A stretch of DNA of 29,672 bases from an uncultured Verrucomicrobiales bacterium (lineage in GTDB: Bacteria; Verrucomicrobiota; Verrucomicrobiia; Verrucomicrobiales; DEV007). The translations under genes were made by a program, and so were the position numbers. Positions 8,899 to 18,391 of this stretch are shown one piece after another (within the stretch, counting starts at the first letter, position 1; each line of letters begins with the position of its first letter). The stretch lies in contig CALKOM010000145.1 of NCBI GenBank assembly GCA_938091905.1, positions 1 to 29,672 on the forward strand, written 5' to 3'. Under the pieces are notes generated by a model. The model worked only from the letters and a program-made list of their open reading frames with translations, searched no databases and was not told the DNA's origin.

Positions 8899-10569
8899 AT
8901 GAGCAAGAGCGATATCGAAATTGCCCGCGAGGCAAAGGCCGAGAGGATACTGGCGATCGGCAGCAAGCTTGGCGTTCCCGAGTCAGCCTTGCATCCTTAC
9001 GGGCAAACGAAGGCCAAGCTCGATCTGGATTATATCCAAACACTAGCAGACCGGCCCGATGGAAAGCTTATCCTCGTCACCGCGATGACACCGACGCCTG
9101 CTGGAGAGGGGAAGACGACAACCACGGTGGGCATTGGTGATGGGCTCAATCGTATTGGCAAGAAAGCGTTGATCTGTCTACGAGAGCCGAGCTTGGGCCC
9201 GTGCCTTGGGATGAAGGGCGGCGCCGCCGGTGGTGGCTATGCACAAGTCATCCCCATGGAGGATATCAACCTCCACTTCACCGGGGATTTCCATGCGATT
9301 GGTGCAGCGAATAACTTACTCGCAGCACTCGTCGACAATCACATTCATCAAGGAAATCAACTTGAGATCGATGTCCGGCGCGTCACTTGGCGGCGCGTGG
9401 TCGATATGAATGATCGCTCCCTACGCGAAATTACGATTGGGTTAGGAGGACGTTCCAATGGCTATCCCCGCGAGGATGGATTCGACATCACCGTTGCCTC
9501 CGAGATTATGGCGATCTTCTGTTTATCAAAAGACTTGAAGGACCTCCAATCACGTCTTGGCCAGATTGTGATCGGCCACACTCGTCGTGGCAAGCCAGTG
9601 ACGGCAAGAGAACTAGAAGCTGACGGCGCAATGACAGTGCTTTTGAAAGATGCCTTGATGCCAAACTTAGTGCAGACGTTAGAAAACAATCCGGCATTGA
9701 TTCATGGAGGGCCGTTTGCCAATATCGCTCATGGCTGCAACTCGGTCATGGCGACGCGCACCGCACTGAAACTTGCGGACTATGTAATTACGGAGGCAGG
9801 CTTTGGAGCGGATCTAGGCGCCGAGAAATTTTTCAATATCAAGTGCCGCAAGGCTGGCCTAAAGCCGGCTGCGGCTGTTCTTGTCGCGACCATACGTGCA
9901 CTCAAGATGCATGGTGGCGTGGATCAGAAGGCCCTTGGTCAGGAGAATGTGGACGCGGTTCGTGAAGGCTGTGTTAATCTCGAGCGCCATTTAGAAAACG
10001 TTAGATCGTTCGGGCTTCCAGTCGTCGTCGCAATCAATCAGTTTAGCGCCGATACTGAGGCGGAGATTGATGCCGTGCGCAATGCCGCCAAGAAATTTGG
10101 GGCCGAAGCTATCGCGTGTTCCCATTGGGCAGATGGCGGGGCTGGAACGGAAATGATGGCTGAGCACTTGGTCGATTTGATCGAAACAAATAACTCACAG
10201 TTTACTCCCTTATACCCGGATGATCTGCCCTTATGGGAGAAGATAGAAAGGGTGGCCAAGAAGATCTACCGTGCTTCTGGCATCACGGCGGATCCGAAAG
10301 TGCGCAAGCAGATCGACAAGCTGCAGGCTCGTTATGGCCATTTCCCAATCTGTATGGCCAAGACACAGTATAGTTTCTCTACGTCAACCGATGCGAAAGG
10401 GGCTCCGACTGGGCATACTATACCCATTCGAGAGGTGCGCCTGTCTGCAGGTGCCGAGTTCATTGTCGCGATCTGCGGCCAAATCATGACGATGCCAGGG
10501 CTTCCACGCTTACCCTCTGCAAATAGCATACGTCTGAACGAGAATGGTGAGATTGAAGGCTTGTTCTAG
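8899..10569 (+). CDS. fhs: Formate--tetrahydrofolate ligase
   Basis: [95 protein letters not shown] and a C-terminal GLF. GAGGAAG lies upstream as a likely RBS. Confidence 0.97.
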   Translation: MSKSDIEIAREAKAERILAIGSKLGVPESALHPYGQTKAKLDLDYIQTLADRPDGKLILVTAMTPTPAGEGKTTTTVGIGDGLNRIGKKALICLREPSLGPCLGMKGGAAGGGYAQVIPMEDINLHFTGDFHAIGAANNLLAALVDNHIHQGNQLEIDVRRVTWRRVVDMNDRSLREITIGLGGRSNGYPREDGFDITVASEIMAIFCLSKDLKDLQSRLGQIVIGHTRRGKPVTARELEADGAMTVLLKDALMPNLVQTLENNPALIHGGPFANIAHGCNSVMATRTALKLADYVITEAGFGADLGAEKFFNIKCRKAGLKPAAAVLVATIRALKMHGGVDQKALGQENVDAVREGCVNLERHLENVRSFGLPVVVAINQFSADTEAEIDAVRNAAKKFGAEAIACSHWADGGAGTEMMAEHLVDLIETNNSQFTPLYPDDLPLWEKIERVAKKIYRASGITADPKVRKQIDKLQARYGHFPICMAKTQYSFSTSTDAKGAPTGHTIPIREVRLSAGAEFIVAICGQIMTMPGLPRLPSANSIRLNENGEIEGLF

Positions 10570-10585
10570 ACCGTGCAACGTTGGA

Positions 10586-11140
10586 ATGAAACCTTTGTCA
10601 CCCCTCATTCTCACGCTGTCACTGGTGGTCGTTGTAATGACGGAGGCTCGCTTAACTAACATCGGCTTAATATGTATTGATGACATGGGCTATGCTGATC
10701 CAAGTTGTTTCGGTAATCCTCACGCGCAGACACCGAATATCGATCGTTTGGCTACTGAAGGGATCAAGCGAACAAACCTTTACGTCAACTCGCCAATCTG
10801 CTCGCCATCGCGAGTCGCAGTCACCACTGGCCAGTATCCTGCGCGGTGGAAGATCCAATCCTATCTCAACACTCGTGCGGGAAACCAAAGTCGCAGGATG
10901 CGTGATTAGTTGGACGCAGCCGCTCCGACCACAGCTAAGAAACTAAAAGCTGCTGGTTACGCCATAGCACACTTTGGCAAGGGCGGGGACGTGATGTCGA
11001 TGACGCACCACGTCCTCAAGCCTATAGTTTTAAAGAATCACTCGTCGCTTTCAGAGGCTTGGGTGATCGCTTGCTAGGAAATCCCAAGAATAACAGTGTG
11101 AAGCTGGGCCAGGGAGAAATCAGCTTCTGCAATCGCCGGG
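10586..11140 (+). pseudogene. Formylglycine-type (S1) sulfatase remnant, N-terminal third
   Basis: Signal peptide, IDDMGYADPSCFG, TPNIDRLATEG, the CSPSR motif in SPICSPSRVAVTTGQYP, and LKAAGY...HFGK. A TAG at 10907-10909, loss of the WH after GK with a frameshift, and no C-terminal two thirds indicate decay. Confidence 0.85.
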
Positions 11141-11149
11141 GCTTGGCCC

Positions 11150-11657
11150 TCAGTCGACGAGCCCAACCGGAGAAGCTCATCAAAACTTGGGCCTATGAGG
11201 ATGGACGCGCGGCAACACTGCTGGCGATGGAGGTTCCCGATCCCGCATTCTCAGGAACTTTAATGCAACAGGCCTCGAGAAGGTGGTCTGGACAGGACCC
11301 CAGTGCTCCTGCAGCACAGTGAGATCACTACTTTAACGATGGGCAGTCTGTCCGCGTCGAGACACTCACCAAGGTGGGGGGGGCCTAGGAGCATGAAATC
11401 CAATGACGACAATGAATTTGGCGTCAACGCTACCGGCCCCAGAGCAAGTTGGCGCCGTGGTCCACGGGGCAACGCGATACTTTAGAAGTTTTTCCTTCAA
11501 TCGAATCATTGCCGTCATGGCGGGAGTGCCCGTTCACCTTATCGACGACCAATCCACAAAAAACATTCAGGCTTTTCTATCGCATAAGGATTCGGTTGAG
11601 GCAGCGAATACTTCGCTGGTAAATCTGGAGAAGCGGAAAGAAGAATCAGCGCCGTAA
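11150..11657 (+). pseudogene. Probable remnant of a W-x-x-x-D-P helical-repeat protein
   Basis: Fragments LIKTWAYEDGRAA, ASRRWSGQDPSAPAAQ*, VETLTKVGGA* and PMTTMNLASTLP have periodic Trp or stop codons at Trp-like positions, plus frameshifts. Confidence 0.4.
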
Positions 11658-11748
11658 GCCGCTGTGCATCAGTTGGGAGGAATGATTCTTACATCCGCAT
11701 CAAGTGCCAACGGTTGGGGTTTCCTTTTAAACCTTGTCTGTCATCTGC

Positions 11749-14091
11749 ATGCTGTCTCTAAAAACTGTCCGTGCCATCACATTTGTAATGCTGCTGCTCG
11801 TTGCTGGCTCAAAAGGTGCAGAAGCAGAGAATGCCTTCTTTGAATCCAAGGTTCGCCCCTTGCTCGCAGAACGCTGCTATCAGTGTCACAGCAAGAAGGC
11901 TGTAGAAGACGGGAAGCTGAAAGGCGGATTGCAGGTTGATAGTTTGGCAGGCCTGTTAAAGGGAGGTGATTCTGGTGCCAGCATTGTGTCGGGTGAGCCT
12001 GACAAGAGCCTCCTGATCACCGCAATCGGTTATCTCGACGAAGACATGGCCATGCCACCCAAAGGGAAACTGGCCGATGATGAAATTGCTGTCCTGACAG
12101 AATGGATACGTCGCGGTGCTCACTGGCCCGGGACGAACAAAGCCGATCTTGCCGCCTTGATCGAAAGCGAGGAACCGTATGATTGGGAGAAGTTTCGTCG
12201 CGAGCATTGGTCGTTTCAACCCGTGACGAAACCGGCAGTGCCCAAAGTTCAAAATGCCTCATGGGGACGCTCAGACTTGGATTGCTTCGTCCTGGCAAAG
12301 CTGGAAGCTGCCGCGCTGTCACCGAATGCGCAGGCTTCAAAACGGATGCTCATTCGCAGGGCCTATCTGGATGTCATCGGGCTACCACCGAGAGTGAACG
12401 AGATTCAAGCTTTTCTTTGCGATGAGTCACCTGACGCCTTTTCTAAAGTTGTAGATGGGTTGCTAGACTCGGAGCACTATGGGGAACGCTGGGCGCGTCA
12501 TTGGATGGATGTTGCTCGTTACAGTGATGGACTCGGTGGATTCTTAGATAACAAGCCCCTGCCCAACGCGTGGCGTTATCGTGATTGGTTGGTCCAAGCA
12601 TTGAATGCAGACATGCCTTACGATGCCTTTGTCTCGCGGCAGATTGCAGGTGATCTGCTAGAAGGTGATCCCGATCCTTTGGCGACTGGGTTCTTTGTCG
12701 TCGGACCAACATATATTTCTGATGGAGGCGATCCTGAAGCCGTGGCGCAGGCCGAGGCTGAAACATTGTCTGACCGGGTCGACACGTTCTCGCGCGCTTT
12801 CCTTGGGTTGACAGTGGCTTGCGCCCGCTGTCACGATCACAAGTTTGATCCGGTGACGATCAAAGATTACTATGCGTTGGCAGGGATCTTCCGAAACTCG
12901 CGGCCCGGTGAGCATCCCGTGGATCCGAAAGAGAAGGTGGAGGCCTATCATCGTGCCCATAAAGAGTTCGCGGATTATCGTAACAAGGTCAACGAGTGGT
13001 TGAAAGAACAAGGCAAACGGCTCGGTCAGAAACCGAATCAGGTGTCTAAATTTCTGGATGAAGCGGGTAAGGCCACGCTATCAGAAATGCGCAAAGAAGA
13101 GAAGCGCATGAAGGAAAGCTTGCCGCCGAAGTTCGAGTTCGCCCATGTACTTTCAGAATCTGGTTCTAATGACATGCACGTTGCCTTGCGAGGTGATCTT
13201 CGTAAGAAGGGTGAACTGGTTCCACGAAGGTTTCTTCAGGTCCTGTCCGATGAGGAGCTGAAGGCCTATGCGAAGGAGGATAGTGGGCGGCGCGAGCTTG
13301 CCAAATCCGTTACTGATCCTAGCAATCCGCTTACGGCAAGAGTGATCGTGAACCGCGTCTGGCAATGGCATTTCGGCAGGGCTCTTGTGCGCACGCCGAG
13401 CAACTTTGGCGTGTTGGGAGAGAAGCCGACTCACCCAAAAATGCTTGATTGGTTGGCTGCAGACTTCATGGAGCATGGGTGGTCGCTCAAGCGCCTGCAT
13501 CGGCAAATCTTATTGTCCTCCACCTGGCAAATGAGCAGCGCATATAACGAGGGCAACTTTGCCAAGGACGGTGACAATCGTCTGCTCTGGCGAATGAATC
13601 CGCGCAAGCTGGAGGCGGAAGCATGGCGTGACACGGTGTTAGAGGTCACGGGTGAGTTGGATCGGACCGTAGGTGGCAAGCCGGAGAACGAGATCCTTGA
13701 GTCCACGCGGCGTACGCTCTATGCAACCGTAAGCCGTAATGGTGACCGCCGAGTTTCGGACGAATTCCTTCGCCTATTCGACTTTCCAGCGCCGCGCTCG
13801 ACGAGTGCTGAACGCGCTGTTAGCACGGTGCCACAGCAGTATCTTTTCATGATGAATAGTCCATTCATGAAAGCGCGCAGTGCAGCGTTAGGAGGATGGT
13901 TGAGCGCTCAAAAGGTATCTGTGGATAAACGCATTCGTGACGTATACGAACGCCTCTACTCGCGTCCGGCGGAACCTGATGAAGTGCTGCTTGGAAAGCG
14001 CTGGATTGGCGAACAAGCGGAATCTCATGAAACCTGGGCGCGCTATGCTCAGGTCTTGCTAAGTGCGCACGAACTCTTTCAAATACAGTAG
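11749..14091 (+). CDS. PSD1 and planctomycete cytochrome c domain protein (PSCyt1 + DUF1549 + DUF1553)
   Basis: Signal peptide, FFESKVRPLLAERCYQCH, MPPKGKL, HWSFQP, YGERWARHWMDVARY, CARCHDHKFDP, NPLTARVIVNRVWQWHFG, PTHPKMLDWLA and FDFP. Two CxxCH motifs. The start is either 11734 (TTG) or 11749 (ATG). Confidence 0.93.
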   Translation: MLSLKTVRAITFVMLLLVAGSKGAEAENAFFESKVRPLLAERCYQCHSKKAVEDGKLKGGLQVDSLAGLLKGGDSGASIVSGEPDKSLLITAIGYLDEDMAMPPKGKLADDEIAVLTEWIRRGAHWPGTNKADLAALIESEEPYDWEKFRREHWSFQPVTKPAVPKVQNASWGRSDLDCFVLAKLEAAALSPNAQASKRMLIRRAYLDVIGLPPRVNEIQAFLCDESPDAFSKVVDGLLDSEHYGERWARHWMDVARYSDGLGGFLDNKPLPNAWRYRDWLVQALNADMPYDAFVSRQIAGDLLEGDPDPLATGFFVVGPTYISDGGDPEAVAQAEAETLSDRVDTFSRAFLGLTVACARCHDHKFDPVTIKDYYALAGIFRNSRPGEHPVDPKEKVEAYHRAHKEFADYRNKVNEWLKEQGKRLGQKPNQVSKFLDEAGKATLSEMRKEEKRMKESLPPKFEFAHVLSESGSNDMHVALRGDLRKKGELVPRRFLQVLSDEELKAYAKEDSGRRELAKSVTDPSNPLTARVIVNRVWQWHFGRALVRTPSNFGVLGEKPTHPKMLDWLAADFMEHGWSLKRLHRQILLSSTWQMSSAYNEGNFAKDGDNRLLWRMNPRKLEAEAWRDTVLEVTGELDRTVGGKPENEILESTRRTLYATVSRNGDRRVSDEFLRLFDFPAPRSTSAERAVSTVPQQYLFMMNSPFMKARSAALGGWLSAQKVSVDKRIRDVYERLYSRPAEPDEVLLGKRWIGEQAESHETWARYAQVLLSAHELFQIQ

Positions 14092-14095
14092 CATC

Positions 14096-15532
14096 ATGAA
14101 ATTTCTCCAACACGAACTCGACTACCGGCGGGCAACACAGGGCCAACTCACGCGCCGTGAAGCCCTTAGGCGTATGGGTGCGGGCATCGGTAGTATCGGA
14201 CTGGCCAGCATGTTTGGAAATGCAGAGGCTTCAGCTGTTGCCTCTCCGTTAGGGCCAAAGCATCCGCATTTTCCAGCCAAAGCGAAGCGCATCATTCAGC
14301 TCTTCATGCCCGGTGGTCCGTCGCAAGTGGACACCTTCGACTACAAACCGATGATCGCGAAGCACGCGGGAGAGCGTCCCGATAGCGTGAATCGCAAGTC
14401 ATTGCGGAATACGAAGATGGGGCTTATGCCTTCTCCCTTTCGATTTCAGCAGTATGGGAAATGTGGCAAGTGGGTCAGCGACATCTTTCCGGAAACGGCA
14501 CAATGTGTGGATGACATTTGTTTCATCCACTCCATGCACACGGATATTCCAGAGCATGCCGGCGGCATTCTCATGACGAATGTTGGTGCGCTTCAGCCTA
14601 ACCGACCCAGTATGGGTTCTTGGTTAGTGTATGGTCTTGGTGCCGAGACAGAGAATCTGCCCGGATTTGTGTCGATGTCGCCGCGTGCACAGCCACGTGG
14701 CAAGTTGGCAAACTGGGGCAATGCGTTTCTACCAGGAGCGTATGCGGGCGCCTACGTTAATATCCACGATATGACCCCAGACGCTGTCATTCGTGATCTA
14801 AAGAACACTTCGCTGTCTCGACAGGATCAACGCAAGCAAGCTGATTTGTTGGCCCAGCTGAATCAGATACATCTCAAGCGCCTCGAGAAAGATCAGGATT
14901 TGGAATCTAGTATTCAAGCTATGGAGATGGCTTTTCGCATGCAGTTCTCGGTGCCGGAAGTGTTCGATGTGCAGAAAGAAACCCAAGCTACCCGCGATCT
15001 CTACGGCGACAGCGAGTTTGGGAAAGGCTGTCTCATTGCGCGTCGGCTCATTGAGGAAGGGGTGCGCGTTGTACAGTTATCTCATTCGATCGATGGTTAC
15101 GACATCGCCTGGGACACGGGTCACAACGACATCGTGGGCGGTCATGCGCGTTTGGCCAAGGCCTGTGATCAAGCGATCGCCGGGCTTCTACAGGATCTGA
15201 AAGGCCGGGGCTTGCTGGAAGACACCTTAGTCTTATGGGGAGGGGAGTTTGGCCGAGCGCCGACCTCAGAAGGAGCCAAGGGACGCGACCATGATCACTA
15301 TGGCTACACCGTATGGATGGCCGGTGGCGGTGTGAAGCCTGGCTATAGTTATGGTGCCACTGACGAGTTTGGCCTTTCCGCGGTGGAGGATCGTGTCCAT
15401 GTGCACGATCTTCATGCGACGGTCTTGCATCTGATGGGTCTAGATCATGAGAAACTGACCTATCGCTACTCAGGTCGCGACTATCGCCTAACGGATGTGC
15501 ATGGGCGTGTTGTCAAGGACATCCTGGCCTAA
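14096..15532 (+). CDS. DUF1501 family protein (Tat-exported, sulfatase-like fold)
   Basis: TRREAL Tat motif, HFPAKAKRIIQLFMPGGPSQVDTFDYKP, PSMGSWLVYGLG, GGEFGRAP, GRDH, HVHDLHATVLHLMGLDH and RLTDVHG. It starts 4 nt after the PSD1 gene stop. Confidence 0.93.
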   Translation: MKFLQHELDYRRATQGQLTRREALRRMGAGIGSIGLASMFGNAEASAVASPLGPKHPHFPAKAKRIIQLFMPGGPSQVDTFDYKPMIAKHAGERPDSVNRKSLRNTKMGLMPSPFRFQQYGKCGKWVSDIFPETAQCVDDICFIHSMHTDIPEHAGGILMTNVGALQPNRPSMGSWLVYGLGAETENLPGFVSMSPRAQPRGKLANWGNAFLPGAYAGAYVNIHDMTPDAVIRDLKNTSLSRQDQRKQADLLAQLNQIHLKRLEKDQDLESSIQAMEMAFRMQFSVPEVFDVQKETQATRDLYGDSEFGKGCLIARRLIEEGVRVVQLSHSIDGYDIAWDTGHNDIVGGHARLAKACDQAIAGLLQDLKGRGLLEDTLVLWGGEFGRAPTSEGAKGRDHDHYGYTVWMAGGGVKPGYSYGATDEFGLSAVEDRVHVHDLHATVLHLMGLDHEKLTYRYSGRDYRLTDVHGRVVKDILA

Positions 15533-15574
15533 CAAAGGAATTTGGAAGGCTGCGGTTAGCCTCGTTTTAGTTTG

Positions 15575-15600
15575 CCATCTCACGGGACACTCTGAGATGG
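15575..15600. promoter_or_regulatory. 8-bp inverted repeat directly upstream of the nag-like operon (possible operator or RBS hairpin)
   Basis: CCATCTCA-N10-TGAGATGG overlaps a TTGCCA -35-like hexamer and ends 6 nt before the GTG at 15607. Confidence 0.35.
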
Positions 15601-15606
15601 TCTGGC

Positions 15607-16344
15607 GTGGAAATTACCATTTCAGAGAACAAGATTAAGTCGGGGAAACGAGCCGCAAGGCGGGGAGCAGAACTGATCCGAGCGGCAATCGCAGCACGAG
15701 GAGATGCGACAATCATTGTGGCGACAGGTGCTTCGCAATTCGAGATATTAGAAGCCTTGGTCGCGGAGCCAGACATCGATTGGTCTGTAGTGACCTGCTT
15801 TCACCTCGATGAGTATGTGAGCATCCCAATCACGCATCGAGCATCGTTCCGTCGGTATTTGTGGGAGCGTTTTGTTAGCAAACTGCCATTGCCGTTGAAG
15901 GCATTCCACTACCTCGACGCCGAGGTCGATCCTGAATTGGAATGTGCTCGAGTCGGGGAGTTAATCGCCCAGGAATCTGTCGACGTGGCTTTCATTGGGA
16001 TTGGTGAGAACGGGCACGTGGCCTTCAATGATCCTCCTGCGGATTTCGAGATAAAGAAGCCCTACATTGTGGTGGATCTTGATGAAGCTTGTCGTCAACA
16101 GCAGCTAGGGGAAGGGTGGTTTCCTTCGTTTGAAGCCGTCCCGACGCAGGCGGTTTCCATGACGGTGCAGCAAATCATGAAGACTGCTTCGATCATTTGC
16201 ACGGCGCCAGACGAGCGCAAAGCAGAAGCGGTTGCCAATGCTAGTCAAGGGCCGGTTACTGCTGATGTTCCGGCCTCGATCTTGCAGACACATGGGGATT
16301 GTCATCTCTACCTCGATGAACCTGCCGCCTCCAAACGTTCATGA
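15607..16344 (+). CDS. nagB: Glucosamine-6-phosphate deaminase-like protein (NagB/YieK type)
   Basis: [37 protein letters not shown] and PASILQTH...LYLD. Confidence 0.8.
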   Translation: MEITISENKIKSGKRAARRGAELIRAAIAARGDATIIVATGASQFEILEALVAEPDIDWSVVTCFHLDEYVSIPITHRASFRRYLWERFVSKLPLPLKAFHYLDAEVDPELECARVGELIAQESVDVAFIGIGENGHVAFNDPPADFEIKKPYIVVDLDEACRQQQLGEGWFPSFEAVPTQAVSMTVQQIMKTASIICTAPDERKAEAVANASQGPVTADVPASILQTHGDCHLYLDEPAASKRS

Positions 16345-17471
16345 GTGATCAACCTACACGAATAGGCTTTGTTGGTGCAGGCTGGATGGGGACGACTCTC
16401 ATGCAGCGATTGAATGAGCATCCCCACGCTGAGGTGATCGCTTTGCATCAGCGTTCGCGAGAGAAGGCGCTGGCTTCGCTCAAGCAAGTTGGACTATTGG
16501 AATCACTTTATTTTTCCGACTACGACGAGATGCTGGCAATGCCCGAGGTGGACGCCGTCTTTCTCTGTAGCCCTAACAGTGCGCATGGGCCCCAGTCGAT
16601 TGCTGCCCTCGAAGCTGGGAAACATGTCTTCTGCGAAAAGCCGTGTGCCACGACCTATGCAGACTTTGAGCGCCAAGTGGAGTTGGCCAAAGCCAACCCT
16701 GATCTTATCACGTATGTGAACTACCTGATGAATTTCGACACCATGGAGCAGCGCTTGCTCAAGATGGTGAAGCGGGGAGATTTCGGCGCGATCACACAAA
16801 TTCAAGTCAATTACCGGCATCCTATCAATATCACTGAAGACAAGGCTTGGAAGCTGAGCAGCGAGATCATGGGCGATGCTATTGGAATGGGCATTATTCA
16901 CGCGCTGAGCGTCATGCTTAATCTTATGGCGGCGCAGGATGCGCATCCAATTCGTGTGTATGCCACCACTTGTCCGGTCAAGACACGGCCCTTTGAGCCG
17001 GAGGTGATCTACAACATCCACGTTCAGTTTAGCAATGGTGCGACGGGTGTCTGCTTAGGCAATGTCGACCATGCCAACGGCTACGATGCCTATCATCACC
17101 TGCACGGTACCGAGGGCGGGTTTATCTTTGACAGTTACCTTGAGCGTACTCACAAAGTCCGGCTCTGGTCTGAATCGCAGACAGATCGCCAATGGATTCG
17201 TCCGCTCGATCCGGACGCTTGCCCGACGGACCTCCAATGGCCGGAGGATACGACCACGCCAGATAGCGGTGACGTCATGCAGCATCAGACGGGGTCGTGC
17301 GTGGCTCACTTCATCGATTGTGTTCGAACACAAAGTCCTTCCTTTCTCGGCTTTGAGGCCTCCGCGCCAACTGCGGAATTGGGTTGGGCGATCCTGATGT
17401 CAGTTGCCAAGGGGATGCCGGTCGATGTCCCCCTAGATCGCGAGCAGGCTAGACGGCACTTCTCATCATGA
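16341..17471 (+). CDS. Gfo/Idh/MocA family NAD(P)-dependent oxidoreductase
   Basis: [11 protein letters not shown]ossmann motif, [21 protein letters not shown] and a putative catalytic His in GIIHAL. It has an ATGA overlap with nagB. Confidence 0.88.
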   Translation: MSDQPTRIGFVGAGWMGTTLMQRLNEHPHAEVIALHQRSREKALASLKQVGLLESLYFSDYDEMLAMPEVDAVFLCSPNSAHGPQSIAALEAGKHVFCEKPCATTYADFERQVELAKANPDLITYVNYLMNFDTMEQRLLKMVKRGDFGAITQIQVNYRHPINITEDKAWKLSSEIMGDAIGMGIIHALSVMLNLMAAQDAHPIRVYATTCPVKTRPFEPEVIYNIHVQFSNGATGVCLGNVDHANGYDAYHHLHGTEGGFIFDSYLERTHKVRLWSESQTDRQWIRPLDPDACPTDLQWPEDTTTPDSGDVMQHQTGSCVAHFIDCVRTQSPSFLGFEASAPTAELGWAILMSVAKGMPVDVPLDREQARRHFSS

Positions 17472-18391
17472 AGGCATGTGACCTTCAGGTGAATGGCTAT
17501 GCCGGGGCGGACTTCTGCTCGTCTGATCTAACGGCAGAAGCTTTACACAAGGCTTGTCTAGCCCTTGAAGAAGATGGTGTTGAAACCATTCTTGCCACGG
17601 TGATCACCGATACCATGGATGCGCTGTGCGCGAAGATTTCGAATTTGGTTTGTTTGCGAGAAAGTGACCCCCTAGCAAAGCGACTTATCCATGGCCTCCA
17701 TGTCGAAGGGCCATTTCTGAATCCCAAGACTGGATGGATAGGAGCGCACCCTGCAGATGCCGTGATTCCGGCAACACCTGATGATACCCAAAGACTCCTG
17801 GATGCCGGTGAGGGGTTGGTTAGGCTAGTCACGCTCGCTCCTGAATGTGATAATGGGATGGCGGCGACCAAGTCACTTCATGAGCAAGGCGTCGTCGTTT
17901 CTGCTGGTCATGCAAACCCGAGCATGGATCAACTCAAGGCAGGAATCGATCACGGATTGAGCATGTTTACCCACCTAGGGAATGGCTGCCCACTGACACT
18001 TGACCGTCATGACAATATCATTAACCGCGTGCTGCATCTTTCGGATCAGCTTTGGATTGGATTCATCCCAGACGGCGCGCACGTTGACTTCTTTGCGCTC
18101 GATCACTACCTCAATCTCGCCGGGGAACGCGCCTTTATCGTGACCGATGCCATTGCCGCTGCCCGTATGGGGCCTGGTCGTCACCGGCTCTCTGGCATGG
18201 AAGTTGAGGTTGATGAAAATGGAGTCGCCCGCAGGCCTGGCTCGCCTTATTTGGCGGGTTCGACGCTTACCATGCCGAAGGCTCGGGAGAATCTCGCAAA
18301 AGCGTTAGGGAGATCAGATTCTGAAATTGATCGATTTGTAGCCATTAATCCTCGATTGGCTCTCGGACTCACTCCCACGCAAACATCATGA
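17468..18391 (+). CDS. nagA: N-acetylglucosamine-6-phosphate deacetylase-like amidohydrolase (barrel only)
   Basis: DLQVNG, GLHVEGPFL, GAH, VTLAPE, SAGH, THLGNG, DGAH, VTDA, LAGS and NP. It has ATGA overlaps on both sides. Confidence 0.85.
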   Translation: MKACDLQVNGYAGADFCSSDLTAEALHKACLALEEDGVETILATVITDTMDALCAKISNLVCLRESDPLAKRLIHGLHVEGPFLNPKTGWIGAHPADAVIPATPDDTQRLLDAGEGLVRLVTLAPECDNGMAATKSLHEQGVVVSAGHANPSMDQLKAGIDHGLSMFTHLGNGCPLTLDRHDNIINRVLHLSDQLWIGFIPDGAHVDFFALDHYLNLAGERAFIVTDAIAAARMGPGRHRLSGMEVEVDENGVARRPGSPYLAGSTLTMPKARENLAKALGRSDSEIDRFVAINPRLALGLTPTQTS

